DNA of 62,980 bases, counting the filler, from Choristocarpus tenellus KU-1152 (lineage: Eukaryota > Protista > Phaeophyceae), in NCBI GenBank assembly GCA_964200185.2. It is 6 parts of 6 records of this genome, joined end to end, with 100 filler letters (N's around TTAATTAATTAA, not from the genome) between each part and the next. Parts side by side here need not be neighbours in the genome. Positions count along the whole stretch, not along the records: positions 1 to 24,414 come from CAXNAD020000212.1; positions 24,515 to 28,370 come from CAXNAD020017545.1; positions 28,471 to 33,825 come from CAXNAD020011058.1; 3 more parts are not named here. One strand, written 5' to 3'. The notes under the pieces were generated by a model. The model worked only from the letters and a program-made list of their open reading frames with translations. It was not told the origin of the DNA and did not search any database. Of the stretch, positions 16,082-28,473 are shown piece after piece. Both the position numbers and the translations under genes were made by a program. Numbering within the stretch: the first letter of the stretch is position 1; the number at the start of each line of letters is the position of its first letter.

Positions 16082-17524
16082 CTTAAGTGTATTCTCTCTT
16101 GTGGATTGCGTGGATGAACCTTGAAGAGGAAGCAGGGGCATAGAGATCAGAGATGTTTTCGGTGGTTGCCGTGACACACAAGGAACATAGACCGGCAAAC
16201 TTGTTGCATTCTAGTGTTTTGTTGAGGTAGCGGGAAATAAGCAGTACCACATCATTGTAAAATGCGTCACTCGGTGTTGGGGGTGGAGAGAGGCGTGTGG
16301 AAGTTGCCTGGGCTGAATGTTGGTATTCAGAAATATTTTGTAGGTAGGGGGTGATTGTATCGGTACTGTTTCATAAGATCAGCAATGTTCAGCAGAAAGC
16401 TGCTGGAGTGGAGGGCTCTTACAGCCAATGTGAACAAGGGGCACCCAGGGTTTGTCCGTTTTGAGTTTTAAGCCAGCTTTTCAATGTTTTACCATTCACC
16501 CATATTTCTATGGATAAAGTGCTAAGTTTGACTTAAGAAGCGTTGATTTTAAATTGAGACTCCCCACAGAACTAAAAAAAATCCTGTGGGGAGTTTGCAC
16601 CAAAAGAGGGAAGAAGTCGAAGGACTCTCAATGGTGAAAAGGGAAATGCAGCACACTCTCTGCCAGTTGTACCGACTGTTTGCTGTGGTCAACCATTAAG
16701 GGACTGTCGCAAGAGGGCACTGCTATGGGGACGTTTTTAGGCGACGTTTGGGGTAAGGGTTTATGTACACACATGGATGACCCCAAGGTCAAGAAATGGT
16801 CAATATGGTCAGGGACCAGTGTAGATGATTGATGGTGGCCTGGGACCTTCTTGCTGCTGCTGATAGTTACATACTAGTACATCATACAGGAGTGGGACCT
16901 TGATAAGACCAACGAGAGGCCTTTGTTTCATCTCATATGCTACATACGTTCTACATAATAGCATGAGCAGTTTAAGTTCCCTATTTGAGATGAAGGTTAC
17001 TCATTATGAAAGGTTGGTTAATATTGTCCTCCTGTCATCATGTGTACTACTAATCGGAAATAAAACGCGATTCTGGTGCCTGTCCTGTCCAGTGAAATCT
17101 TTTAGAAATAAAAAGCTGCTTATCCTATTCTGCTGAAGAGCAAAATCAAGCATCTCTACATGATGTTACTATTTTTTCATTGCCATTCGCAATACCCTCT
17201 AGCACTTGACCAGTTGATCAAAGATGGGTGTAATCGCCAAGAAAATGTTACACAGGTTGAATATTATTGCCAATTTATTTGTTCCAGTACCAAGAAAATG
17301 CGGAGAGGAGATAATTCATGGGGTACAAAGGAGATTTGATTACACATGCCACGATAGGTTATGCATACCTTGGAACTAGTGAACTATCTATATATTCACT
17401 TCCCTACTCTTCTCCCTTAGACTGGACAGTGCAGGCTGACATACCCACACACATATAACATCCTATAGTCTTCCTGATTGAGCTGCGGGCAACATAACAG
17501 AAATGGTGAAAATCTTTCGTACTG

Positions 17525-17778
17525 GAGCGACAGTATCTTAGAGGGTATGAGGTTTGCACTGTTTGTCCATTTGGGGCTTGGCTTCCCATGGATTATTTTA
17601 TGACATTTTTCCTACTCCAAAATATTTAGGAGTAGATAAAGTGTGTATATTATGAAAAAGTGTGTCGGGAACATGGATATTGATACTTCCCAACAAACAC
17701 GACAGTCAAAATTACACCCAAATCGCAACATTGACCTTTGGTCCCCAGATGGACGCGGCTCTAAAGATACTTCTGCTC
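17525..17778 (+). mobile_element. MITE family A
   Basis: GAGCGACAGTATCTTAGAGGG ... GATACTTCTGCTC; perfect 4-bp TSD ACTG (17521-17524 / 17779-17782). Confidence 0.9.
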
Positions 17779-18830
17779 ACTGTTGATATGTTCTTAGCAC
17801 TTTACTCTTTGTTTGGGCTAGGGTTATGAGTGGGCTTCTTTAAAGCACGCACCTGTATAAATAGTCACCCGCACAAAAATCATGAAGGCAACTGAGTGCA
17901 TCCAAAATTTCCTACTTTGGTACCTTCAGGGTGACCACCTCAAACGGTGTATTCAGGGGAAAACCGCAACAATTTCCTGTGCCCTCTTAACACAGTTTTT
18001 GAGCTACTACTACTACTATACACAATGCTGTAGGCAACTACCAGTGTCGGCGGATGCTCCAGTGCAAAAATTGTAAACTATAGAAAAAAAACAACTGCCC
18101 AGTGCTAGTGCTTGTGTAACGTTGATCTTTATGAAACATTCCTGGTTAGGAGTACGCTCAACTCTGCTCCTGTAGGACCCCAAACAGCAAATAGTAGGCA
18201 GGAAAGGTTCAAACCCTTCTCAAGTGTTGAGGGCCGTAGTTGCCATTAATATATATATATATATATATATATCATTCCAAATTTTCACATGCCCACCTAC
18301 AAGATTTCCAGACGATAGAACTGTCTTCAACTTTTATTCAGGAGCTTTTGTATGCCCTGCTAAGATTTCAGCCTGCCTAGAGACCAGGCTGCCGTTGCCC
18401 ATGGAAATAGATATGGAAAACATCCCACAAGAGTGAAAGGTCCTCAAGACACTGCCTGATAGAACACTCACTGTCGGGTTAGAGATGAGGAGGCACTGAA
18501 TAACAACGGCATCACAGTCACCTCGCTCCTGTCACAGTCCCCATCACTTCAAAACAAGAATATGAATGGCCCTTACACTTACACCAGTGGATGCACATGA
18601 AATTGAACACAAAAATGATTCCTGAAAGCGTAACATCAATATACACGCCTCTCCAGCTCATAGTGTCAACTCCTCCTAACTTCGACCACATCTCAAAAAC
18701 CGACCCCTCCATCAAGGTTCTCTGAAAAAAAAAAATTGCTCATGTTTACCATACCTAACAGCTTTCACAACCCCCCCCCCACACGATACATCGCATTCAT
18801 GCATCGTCTACACAAAGCCACCTGCATTAA

Positions 18831-21258
18831 TCAAAGTCCAGAGACAGTTGGCAGTGTGGCAGAAGTAGCACATGATGTACCTGCAGAGCATGTCGATGCA
18901 GACTCAAGTCTGTATAGGTCACCCCGTTTCTGCATGGACACTGGTATATTCCGCCGCACCTCTTCTACCCTTCCCATGTCAACTTCGGCCAGAACCAACT
19001 CTACGTTGTGGTCTGATGTGGCAGTCACCTGCCCCCAAGGGTCAACCACTGAGCTGTGTCCCCATGCTTGATACTGCGAGTTGGGGTTCCTAGCCGGAGA
19101 TGCTGTGATAACATAGCACTGTATTATGTGATACGGGGGTGGGGGTACATCGGTTCAGAGAGGCTTAGATGCACTCAAGCACAGCATGCCAGAAAGGCAC
19201 AGATATCACATGCCTTTTGGATAGCAACCCCCTTACAAAAGAATGTCATCAGAGTGCAGTTATGCCTTTACTTGTCTCCCTTCAATGATCCAATAGCAAT
19301 AAACATCGACACATGGTTACATTGTATATAAAATAGTATCATTTTGTACAAGTACAATATTTTCAAGTTTGGAGCTATTCTGTATTGGTGTAAGCGAGTA
19401 GTGAACCAATTAAAACAGTCTTGTCCGCAGTCACATTCTCCATTTTTTATTGTATCAGGCATGGACTGGTAGAGTGTCACCTTCCTAGGGGATGTTGCAG
19501 GGTAGGGGCTACAACTTCTACAAGTACACTCTCATTATCCACTGGCATTAGCAAGTAGAGTGAAATTCAGGTCTCAATGCAGTGGTGTGTAAGATGGGAT
19601 GGGAAGGAGCACCTGATTGTCAACTGCTCGTGCCCGCTGCAACAGCTCCCAATGTGCAGGTCCTGTGGTCATATTGAAGGCACCGGGGAAGCACAGCAGT
19701 TTTGCACCGGCCTGGCGCATGGCCATGCTTAGTTCTGGGAAGCGCATGTCATAGCATATCCCCACGCCAATGGTGCAGAACGGGGTTTCCACAGTGGTTA
19801 TGGCATTACCAGCTGTAAGAGTGTCCGACTCCCTGGCATAGGAGGGGTGCGTACTCCAGGCATTAGGAAATGTGACCGAGAAATTTGGTCTTTCCTCTGA
19901 CTATCTGTCTTGCTGCTAGGAGCATGCAACATGTAATGGTGAAGCATCAGACAGGGTCCCAAAAGCACTATATAGGTCATCTTGGTTGTAAGGTTATTGG
20001 CATATGCTAGAATATCTTGCTAATGTGTAGTCAACAAACCACAGTGGCAATGCCCTTATTTTAGTAATATCTGTCAAGGAGCTGAATGCAAAGCTCCTGG
20101 CGTGACTCGATATGTTCAGCATGAGGTTTTTTTTCATTTACATAAATAGCCTAATTTCTGATGATAGCGACGAGTAAACGGAACTTTTTGGTCAGGTAAG
20201 AATGTCTGATCATCTCATTGATGGTTGAGTTGATGGGCAGAAGTGTAACGGCAACAAAAGAAGAGCTTGTAAATCAAGTGGATTGGTGGCACAATCTCAG
20301 GACAGTGTCCATTGGCAGGGTTGCAGCAGAGGGATAGAACAGTAAATCAATGTGCGAAACAAGGAAGATCAAAACAAGGGCTTCGCTCATGTGCTGGTGC
20401 ACCAACAGAAATGCTACAAGAATCATTTTCACTATGTGCAAGCATATCCTCCTGAAGGAACTATCTCCGCCCACCTCATATATTCGTCGATGCATTCTTT
20501 GGCGCAGTATCTCATTCTCTACGCACAGCTACGTCCCACCTGAACGTTATCTTTCCAGGCACGTCAATGTCGAATAGGTGTACCTTCCTATGTTTGGCGA
20601 GGATGACACCATCAGGACCCACTACAATGCAAGTATTGTAGATATTACCATCCAAGGGTGTAATCTCCGGCACCGAGCCTCCGACCACGTACACACCTTG
20701 CTCTTCGGCGGCTCGGGAGATCATCGACGTTGAAGGACTTCCTTGTTGGGGGGGCTTTAAACCCGGCTCAGAAACCGGTTCGGCGTAGGCGGGGAAAGAA
20801 GATGTGTCGTATGGGCTGTTCCAGCACTCAGGCAACACGACGACCTGAGAAAAGATCAGTACAAGAAAGTTACTAGGCATTCTGGCCCACATTGGTAATC
20901 ATGTAGTGAGGATAGTGTACGAAATACATGAGACCTGGAAGGCTACGTGTTCTGCACAAACCTTTGCACCAGCTCGTGCGGCTTCTTCGATAGCCATTTC
21001 TGCCACCGCAATATTTTTGAGCTTGGAATCTCCACTCATAATCTGACAAGCAGCAATTTTGAACTTCGGTCCATCCTCCTGGTAGGTGGCTTCAGTTGTG
21101 AGAGAGCTCATTCTCAGCGAGTTGAACAAGGTATTTTGTCGAACACCTTGTGTGTGGAATCCGGACACTCTCCCCACTAGAGCGAGTGTCAGAGCACCTC
21201 GTGCACTACATCTAGCAATGCTCCTAAAGGAATTTCGAGCGATAACTCCTGAGATCAT
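18831..21258 (-). CDS. NIT2: Omega-amidase NIT2 (carbon-nitrogen hydrolase/nitrilase family) with N-terminal targeting extension, 4 exons
   Basis: Exons 21258-20962, 20844-20540, 19832-19613, 19118-18831. Catalytic triad motifs [10 protein letters not shown] (Glu), [24 protein letters not shown] (Lys) and [11 protein letters not shown] (Cys), plus [25 protein letters not shown] and [14 protein letters not shown]. Confidence 0.95.
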
Positions 21259-21476
21259 AGAGGGTGTGTAGTTTAGGATGTACAAACAGAACCTCTTTGA
21301 AGGGTTGGGGGTATCTCGCTCTGGGCGCTCTGGGCGATCTGGGTGCCACCTTGTTTGAGGCTGTGTTCCTCTCTCCCTCCATTCACCCTTTCAATCAAAT
21401 TTGGTAGGTCATAAACCTCAGACGTGACAATTTCCTTTGGCACAATTACTTGAAGGGAAGTTGCTCGGTTAGAAAT

Positions 21477-22704
21477 ATGTTGCGGGTGACGGCGGCTGGA
21501 GTGTTGAGAGCTGCGCAGCGCTCTCATACTCCTCGCTCAGCGCTGGGCCTTATCTCACGACCATTGATGTCCTGCAAACATGTTGCTAGATCAAGATCAG
21601 TGTTCGTGACTCCATCGAATCGAATGGACAAATCTTGGAAATGTAATAGAGCGACTAACGCTGGGACATCTTTGTTTTCCTGGCAAACAAGACATTTCTC
21701 CTCTACACCACCGAGTGAGGAGGTAGGCATTGGTAGTTCACCCTTTCCCCCTGTGTGTCAACGTTCACTCTTTTCCATCTCATGTTCGCACCTCAGCCAC
21801 ATCTCAACCGGGCTGATCTTACAGGGAAGTGCAGTGATCTTCTGTCCTTTTACTGGTTGATCCTAGCCGCTTTGCTTCTTAACACCCATCCAACTCACTC
21901 GTTTGTGGCCTTCAGAAGCTTGAGTTCCAGGCAGAGACGCGCCAGCTGCTGGACATTGTGACGCACTCTATTTATACTGACAAGGAGGTGTTCCTGAGAG
22001 AGCTTATTTCTAACGCATCAGACGCAATGGAAAAGCTACGACACCTGCAGGTAAGCCCTTAGTTGTGTGTTGACTACCACATCAAGACCTCCAAATTGCC
22101 GTGCGATACTAGGCACATGTTCTATCATTGCCAGAAAACAAAGGATAACGAAATATTCTGCACTGCTTGACAAGTCGCAGCCTAATCCATTTTCTTGACC
22201 TCTGACATGAAATCTACCTCTAGCTGGCTGGCGAAACATGTGGCTATGTCTGGAATTGTCGCGATAGACTTGAATGTACGCTCCGATTTCAAATATCTCC
22301 ATTCCGCACTCTTCTTTCCACTCAAAGTACTTCCAAATTGGACTTGATACTTTCTAAGACCAATATGAAGAGAAGTACATAATAATGATCGTTACGGTAA
22401 TTTTTTCTGTGTACCCCTTGCCTGGATAGATACCAACTTAAGAACTGCACTCTGACCCCATCTCTACCGCAGCAATAACATTATCAGCCTCCTTACCTCC
22501 TTCTTGCTAACCGTTCCTCCTCAATGGACCTTGTTATCCATCCCTGTACACTGCGCCATACTTTACTCCTGTTCCACCACCTGTGAAATGAATGCCATGG
22601 GGAGGAATAAGGTCATTGGTGAGGCTCTGGAGGATGGTTCTGCTCCGTTGGAGATAAGCATCACCACCGATGAGACAAACCGCACCATCACAATCCAAGA
22701 CACA
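21477..22704 (+). CDS. TRAP1: Mitochondrial HSP90 (TRAP1/Hsp75), 5' partial gene cut by the contig end
   Basis: Exons 21477-21722 (Arg/Ser-rich presequence ending RHFSS), 21916-22050 ([45 protein letters not shown]90 signature) and 22612-22704 ([19 protein letters not shown]). The remainder is absent before the gap at 24415. Confidence 0.92.
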
Positions 22705-23988
22705 GTGAGACGATTTTCTTTTGTGGAAACAACTAGATTGTATAAATTGTACGAACACATTGCACACAATTTACATAAATATTCTACTTGCCAGTGTTTT
22801 GCGGGGCTTGAGGTTGAAGATTTTTGGAGGGTTTGAATAACGGTCAGAACTGGACCAATATAATAATATACAAGATAATTCTGAAGTAATTTAGAAGTTA
22901 AGTGGACTTCAATTATGCAGCAGATGCAATTGACACCAAATTAATGCTTAATGGCTCCAAGAAGTGGATGTTTTCCCTGATTTTTGTTGCACTCATGCAA
23001 GGATGGAGTTGATCATGTAGCTTAGGGCTCTTTTATCACTTGTTGCCCTTCATTGTATCCTGTCTTATCTTTAGATTTGTAGACCAGGAGGGGACAAAGT
23101 GCCGAACATTGAGACGTTCTATCACATGTTGCCAGCACAAATAATGTGCTCATTAGCACAGGAGTTATAAAACAGTAGTGTGCAGTTGTATCGGCGTAAC
23201 AAGTACATGCTTTTAAGACATCAAGAATGTTGAGAGCTCATCTAGGGGTCTGTTTTTGAAGGTCTGTAGCTGATGCGATAATGTTCGAATTTGATACTGG
23301 TGAATGTTTTTTGTGAGGGTTACATTTGCTAGCATTTCTAATGCCGATGTAAATTCGTATGAAAGTCCGCCCTTCTACAAAAGATTGGAGCCATAAGAAA
23401 TTGCCTAGGATAAAGGAGGGTAGTGATAAGAGATAAGTTTCAGTCTTTGGTGTTTCCCTGATCGTATTGAGAGGCTCCGATGCAGGGCGTGTATTTGTGG
23501 TATAGTGTGAGCAGGTGGGCTCTGATTGGGTCCTGTAAGTGATAAAGAACACAAGTGCCAATAACGATTCTCTTGAGTTGTGTATTAGATGAGGTAAGGA
23601 GTATTGTAGAGTTTTCAATGTTTTCTAATGTCCTTCGAAATTTCAAATTAGCACCTCGGGTCTGATGTAAGTTTGTGTTGTAGATATCCTTCCGGAAAGT
23701 ATTGTTTGTGAAGAGGTATCGTGGGACTCGTTACCCTGTTGTGAATCAAAAGCATTGATTGGCGCAAGTTAAGCCGGGTGGAAAAATCTTGATACGCTTG
23801 ATTATTGTTGAAGTATGCATGCAGCGTCATTTTAACTGATGTGCTTGAACTGTCAAGTTGTTTAAAAAGAGCATGCAGTATGCATAGGTGTGTAAGTTCA
23901 ACGGTTGTATATCGTCTCTCGATTTTTGTAAGGATTAGTTTTGATTTGATAGAATTGTAATTGTGTTTGGTTTACTCGTTGCATGGAT

Positions 23989-24059
23989 GGGTTAGGGTTA
24001 GGGTTAATGGGAGTATTTTTGGTTTCTTTTAATTAAAAGGGTTTTAGAGGGTTAGGGTT
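23989..24059 (+). repeat. Short interstitial telomere-like (TTAGGG)n
   Basis: GGGTTAGGGTTAGGGTTA at 23989-24006 and GGGTTAGGGTT at ~24049-24059; also CTAACCCTAACCCTAA at 7637-7652. Confidence 0.55.
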
Positions 24060-24075
24060 TGTGTTCGAAAATAAT

Positions 24076-24414
24076 CTGCAGGTGATGTGATCATCATGCA
24101 AATACAACGCTGACCTTCAGTGAGGAACAATTTTGCGAGCTTTTTAACACTGATGCAGTTGAACATATGGTACATTATTTGTGTTGTGGTGGGGTTAAAA
24201 TGTTGATGGCTTCTTAAGTGCTGTAGCGTTTGTAGGTGATTGTTGGGGAAGTGGCGTTGTGTTTGAAGGGTCGATTGTGATTTTGGATGCAGCAGAGACC
24301 TGCAAGTGATGTGATCATCATGCAAATACAACGCTGACCTTCAGCGAGGACAATTTTGCGAGCTTTTTAACACTGATGCAGTTGAACATATGGTACATTA
24401 TTTGTGTTGTGGTG
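24076..24414. repeat. Tandem repeat with 224-bp period running into the contig end
   Basis: CTGCAGGTGATGTGATCATCATGCAAATACAACGCTGACC...GTGTTGTGGTG at 24076-24191 recurs nearly identically at 24300-24414. Confidence 0.85.
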
Positions 24415-24514
24415 NNNNNNNNNNNNNNNNNNNNNNNNNNNNNNNNNNNNNNNNNNNNTTAATTAATTAANNNNNNNNNNNNNNNNNNNNNNNNNNNNNN
24501 NNNNNNNNNNNNNN
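24415..24514. other. Artificial contig spacer
   Basis: 100-nt N run with central TTAATTAATTAA (stops in all six frames). Identical spacers at 28371-28470, 33826-33925, 37018-37117 and 45654-45753. Confidence 0.98.
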
Positions 24515-25568
24515 CATTTTGGGTCAAGCTCATCCTTCATAGTATGCTCCATCCTCAATTTTGGTGAGAGGTTGTTAGTCGCTCAGGAGTTTTCCCACTC
24601 CCTGGTGCCCCTCCTCTCGGATGGTTGTTTGTAGCCGTTCTCTTCATGACGAGGGGATCCTTAGAGATAACCAAGAGGTGAACTCTTTCACTACTACGCT
24701 GGCGCTGCAGTGAAAATGTTGTTGGAGAGGATAGGAGTAAGAACACGCCTTTGTCGGAGGTTGTGTTCAATCTTAACCGCTCTCTGCGCACTCACCTTCA
24801 TCCTCGCAAATGCATGCGCTCATTCCATCATGGAATTGGTGGATAACTGAAGTATCTTCTCAGGCCCTCCAAATTTGGTCAGCACAGTTCACAGGAGATC
24901 ATAATCAACAGTCAAATATGCTTTCTGTTGACCAATAAACACATGAATTGGGGGGTATGTTTTTCCCGGTCGAACTCTTGGAAAGCACGTGCTGTGTACA
25001 TATGTACACTATGGAGCGTCAAGGCTGGAAACCACGCTGTCCTCATGAAGTATGTTCCCTCATTCCAGGTAACGTCACTGTCGCCGTGAAACAACCTTGA
25101 GAGGTACTTTACCAGTATGTGAAAAGGATATGACCCCTCTGTAGTTACCACAATCTATCTGGATCTTCTTCTTGTAGATTGTAGTGATTAATGCGTCCTT
25201 CCAGACTTGTGGCACAGGTTTCTTGTCCCACATAGCCAACACTGAGCTTGGTCGTTTGGATACTACCCTCTTACCGTCTGTGAAGGGAGTGGGAGGACTT
25301 TTGACGCATCCCCTTCCAAGAAACGGACGATGTCATGTTAAAACTAGGAATTTCTTGAGCTGTATCTTTATTTGTCCTTACCTCTTGTCCTCTTAAGTTT
25401 TTCGATTTCTGTACTAACCATTGTCCACTTTTCACCAATCAATCGAAGAAAGATTTGCTGTCGAAGGCGTTTTCTTGGTTCCAAATATGTGAAACAGTTA
25501 TTTTTTGTATCTTATCTCTCATCAGTCATATGCCGCATACTTTACCGTAAACAAACTCCACATTCTAT

Positions 25569-27876
25569 ATGTTCACGCGAGGTAAACCTCTCTCGGCCTT
25601 CACCTCAGTCTTCTTGCTACCAGCAGGTGTGGGTGGCCAATTCCACAACTGTGATCCCGAAGGGATATTGTCGGCAACAGGGAGCAACGCCTACGAATGG
25701 AGTCCCCTACCGCCACAGGGCTGTGCTTGTGAGCAGAGCGACGTGTCTGATACTGTATGTGGGGTAAGTTCATGTCCACTTTCGGGGGCACAAAATCGGG
25801 TAGCTTTCTGGAGCACAATTTGGTAGGTTGATTCATTGCATCCCCTCAATAAAAGCCTGGGGGTTCCCACGAGATATCCTACTATACCAGGTCCATCATT
25901 TACCTCACACCACCTTCCTTCCCCTGCATTCATCTTACTCTGGTAGATCTTTGACTGCTCCTGCGTGTGTGACCTCACTGCCGGAAAATGCGACTACAAC
26001 TGCTGTTGCGACTCCGAGTGCACCGAGGATGAGGTGTCGAGGTTCCAGATTCTAGATGCTTGTGTTGATGAGGGACCAGCTAGCGAAACCATTAGCCGCT
26101 GCTACTCAACCGACTCGCTAGACAGAATCAATCCAAGCCATCCGTTGACGGGGGGAGGGGCGGCTGAAGAGGCGCTTGACGGTCTCTTATGCGTGCAATA
26201 TGACAACAGCGAGTCGAAGGGGAAGTATTATGAGGTAAGACCATTCCGCCTCAATACTTGCCAAATTTGCTACGAGACAGGAATATCGCTAGGATTGCTG
26301 TAGGAGTGTTTTCCTCCTTTCGCTTAGCCTTTCCAAAATGCCCAACAAGGTAACGATAATTAATGGTGTGTATGAATCGAACCATTACCAAGATTGTTCT
26401 GACCAACTTTCCTCTGTTACGCACAATGCACACACTGCTTAACAACGCGGTACTGCGGAAAAAGGATCCCGGGTCAATGTCATTATCAGTCTTGAGTGAG
26501 TCTGTTGGAGAGTCTGAGTTTTCGTATCATGAGCATGTTACCAGTTCCACATCAGAGGGAGTGACGGAAGGGGACACCCAATTCGACAAGGGGTAAGTGT
26601 ATTCGTTTCTTGTTCATACTGAGTCAGGAGACCATTGATGTTGTCAAGTTTGCCGTATGATTGATTACACACTATAATAAATAGGATCTAATAAACCCAC
26701 TTCAGGTAAACTCGATATCCAGATCTTACTGGAGCAACTCAGAGAACGCATGCACTATGTATTAGATGCTATTGAGCACCTCGGCAACCAGTTTCCACCT
26801 ATCATATCCCTGGAAAGCATCTAAAGTTGAAACATTGACCAGGAATATCTGAATTGGGGCTGTTCTCTCTCAAACGATGGAATGGACTTTACAAATGACA
26901 TTCACATGAAGTCGCTTTAGGCCTAGGCCTATTGCTCTGACATCATGCATGCACACCCATGGATGTATTTTCTCACTTATCCCTGAATCTCGGTATACCT
27001 GCAGAGACCGCATCCCAGCTGTGTACTTGGATGGGAATGCTGCAGTGTCAGCATTTGGGGGTTATTTGCCGGTGAGTCCTCATGATTAGGTTTGGATTAG
27101 GCAAGGAGAAGGGTTGGAGGAGACAATGATGAGACTGAGAAATAAAATGTGGACAAGTACTAATGTCTGCACACCATGGTATGCGTGGTCATGTCGTATG
27201 CCCACCACAGCATAAAAAGCAGTGTGATACCCACTTGCACCTTGTCACTAAATATGCACATAGATATGTTTGTGCTGTGCAGTACATATAATCCACTGCA
27301 TATAGTAGCAAAGTGTCATGCCAAGGCATCCCTTTACTGGCCTCCCTGGCCCATAGTATCCTAGGGAGGGGGGGGGTTAGGTCAGTGGTCCATTCGGGAC
27401 TTAATGGGGTGTTGTAAAACATCCCAGTTTCATGCCAGTTTCGCGGAAGATATTCCTTTGGATTTGGTCCAGGCGGGGGGGTGGAAAAGGAAGGTGGGTC
27501 CAGATGAAGGAGCTTGGCCTTATATATCTAATATGTTCACCCAAATGACATGAAAATCACTACAGGGTCAAAGTTCACTGGTGGACACCTGACCCCTCCT
27601 CTAGGATGCTACGAGGTCTCTGGTTGATCCCCTTCCTCCTCATGTGCCACCATCTCCCAGCTACCGTCAGCAGATGACACCGGTCAGTGCAATGACAACA
27701 CATATGTACGCTTTGAGGAGGGAGTAACAATGAAGACCTGTGTCAGGGAGGTGGAGGATTTGTCAATGTTGTGCAGCTCAGTGTATGCCCTGAACCACTT
27801 TTCAGAGGACCTTTATGTGGCAACTGGAGGTGCTGTGTACCCAAGCTGGAGACCAGAGAGCGATGACTACGTACAG
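25569..27876 (+). CDS. TCTN: Tectonic-family ciliary transition-zone protein, 5' partial
   Basis: Exons 25569-25763, 25947-26234, 26465-26592, 27005-27071, 27661-27876, all in phase. Tectonic Cys motif CVCDLTAGKCDYNCCCDSEC, LLCVQYDN, and YLPLPSADDTGQCNDN; putative signal peptide at the N-terminus. Confidence 0.88.
27348..27618 (+). mobile_element. MITE family C (intronic)
   Basis: GGCCCATAGTATCCTAGGGAGGGG ... CCCCTCCTCTAGGATGCTACGAGGTC; internal GTCCATTCGGG and GGACACC; flanks CCT/TCT. Confidence 0.7.
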
Positions 27877-28350
27877 GTTTGGAATTGGCAAACTGGGGCC
27901 TGGACCCCGATGAAGGAGAGGGTGTGGGACATGTCAATAAAGCTGACTTTCTTGGTAGAGGGGAAGTTGAGGGGATGGGAAAGAAGGCGTAGCTGGAGCA
28001 AAGAAGGACGGAAAAATTGTTTTTAGTCCTGCAGTTGAATTTTTTTCAGCTAGTGTGATGATTTAATTGAGAAGTGAGACCCACAGGTCATGGCCTTTTC
28101 CCACACATCAACTCTGAGGGATGCTATGAAATGGAAAAGTAGGCGGTGAAGAGCGACCAAAGACCAAAGATGTGAGATGCAGTGGAAGGTGTTGGGCCAT
28201 GATGGGCTGCATTGGAGAAATGTGGTTCTCTTGCAATACCAATTTGACCCTCAACTAGTATTGACCAGCACTTATTTTGCTGTTCATACTACAGGGGGTC
28301 GACACCAATGTAATTTGGAAGTTGTTGTTTATGGGGCCAGTGTTCAAAAT

Positions 28351-28370
28351 GACCCAAAGTATCTGGGTGG
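28351..28370 (+). mobile_element. MITE family B terminus cut by the contig end
   Basis: GACCCAAAGTATCTGGGTGG immediately before the gap. Confidence 0.7.
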
Positions 28371-28473
28371 NNNNNNNNNNNNNNNNNNNNNNNNNNNNNN
28401 NNNNNNNNNNNNNNTTAATTAATTAANNNNNNNNNNNNNNNNNNNNNNNNNNNNNNNNNNNNNNNNNNNNGGG

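Noticed and set aside
17849-17951. Small Tc1/mariner-like MITE (CACC...GTCACCC / GGGTGAC...GGTG)
   Set aside because: The inverted repeat is imperfect, single-copy in the window, and TA is present on one side only.
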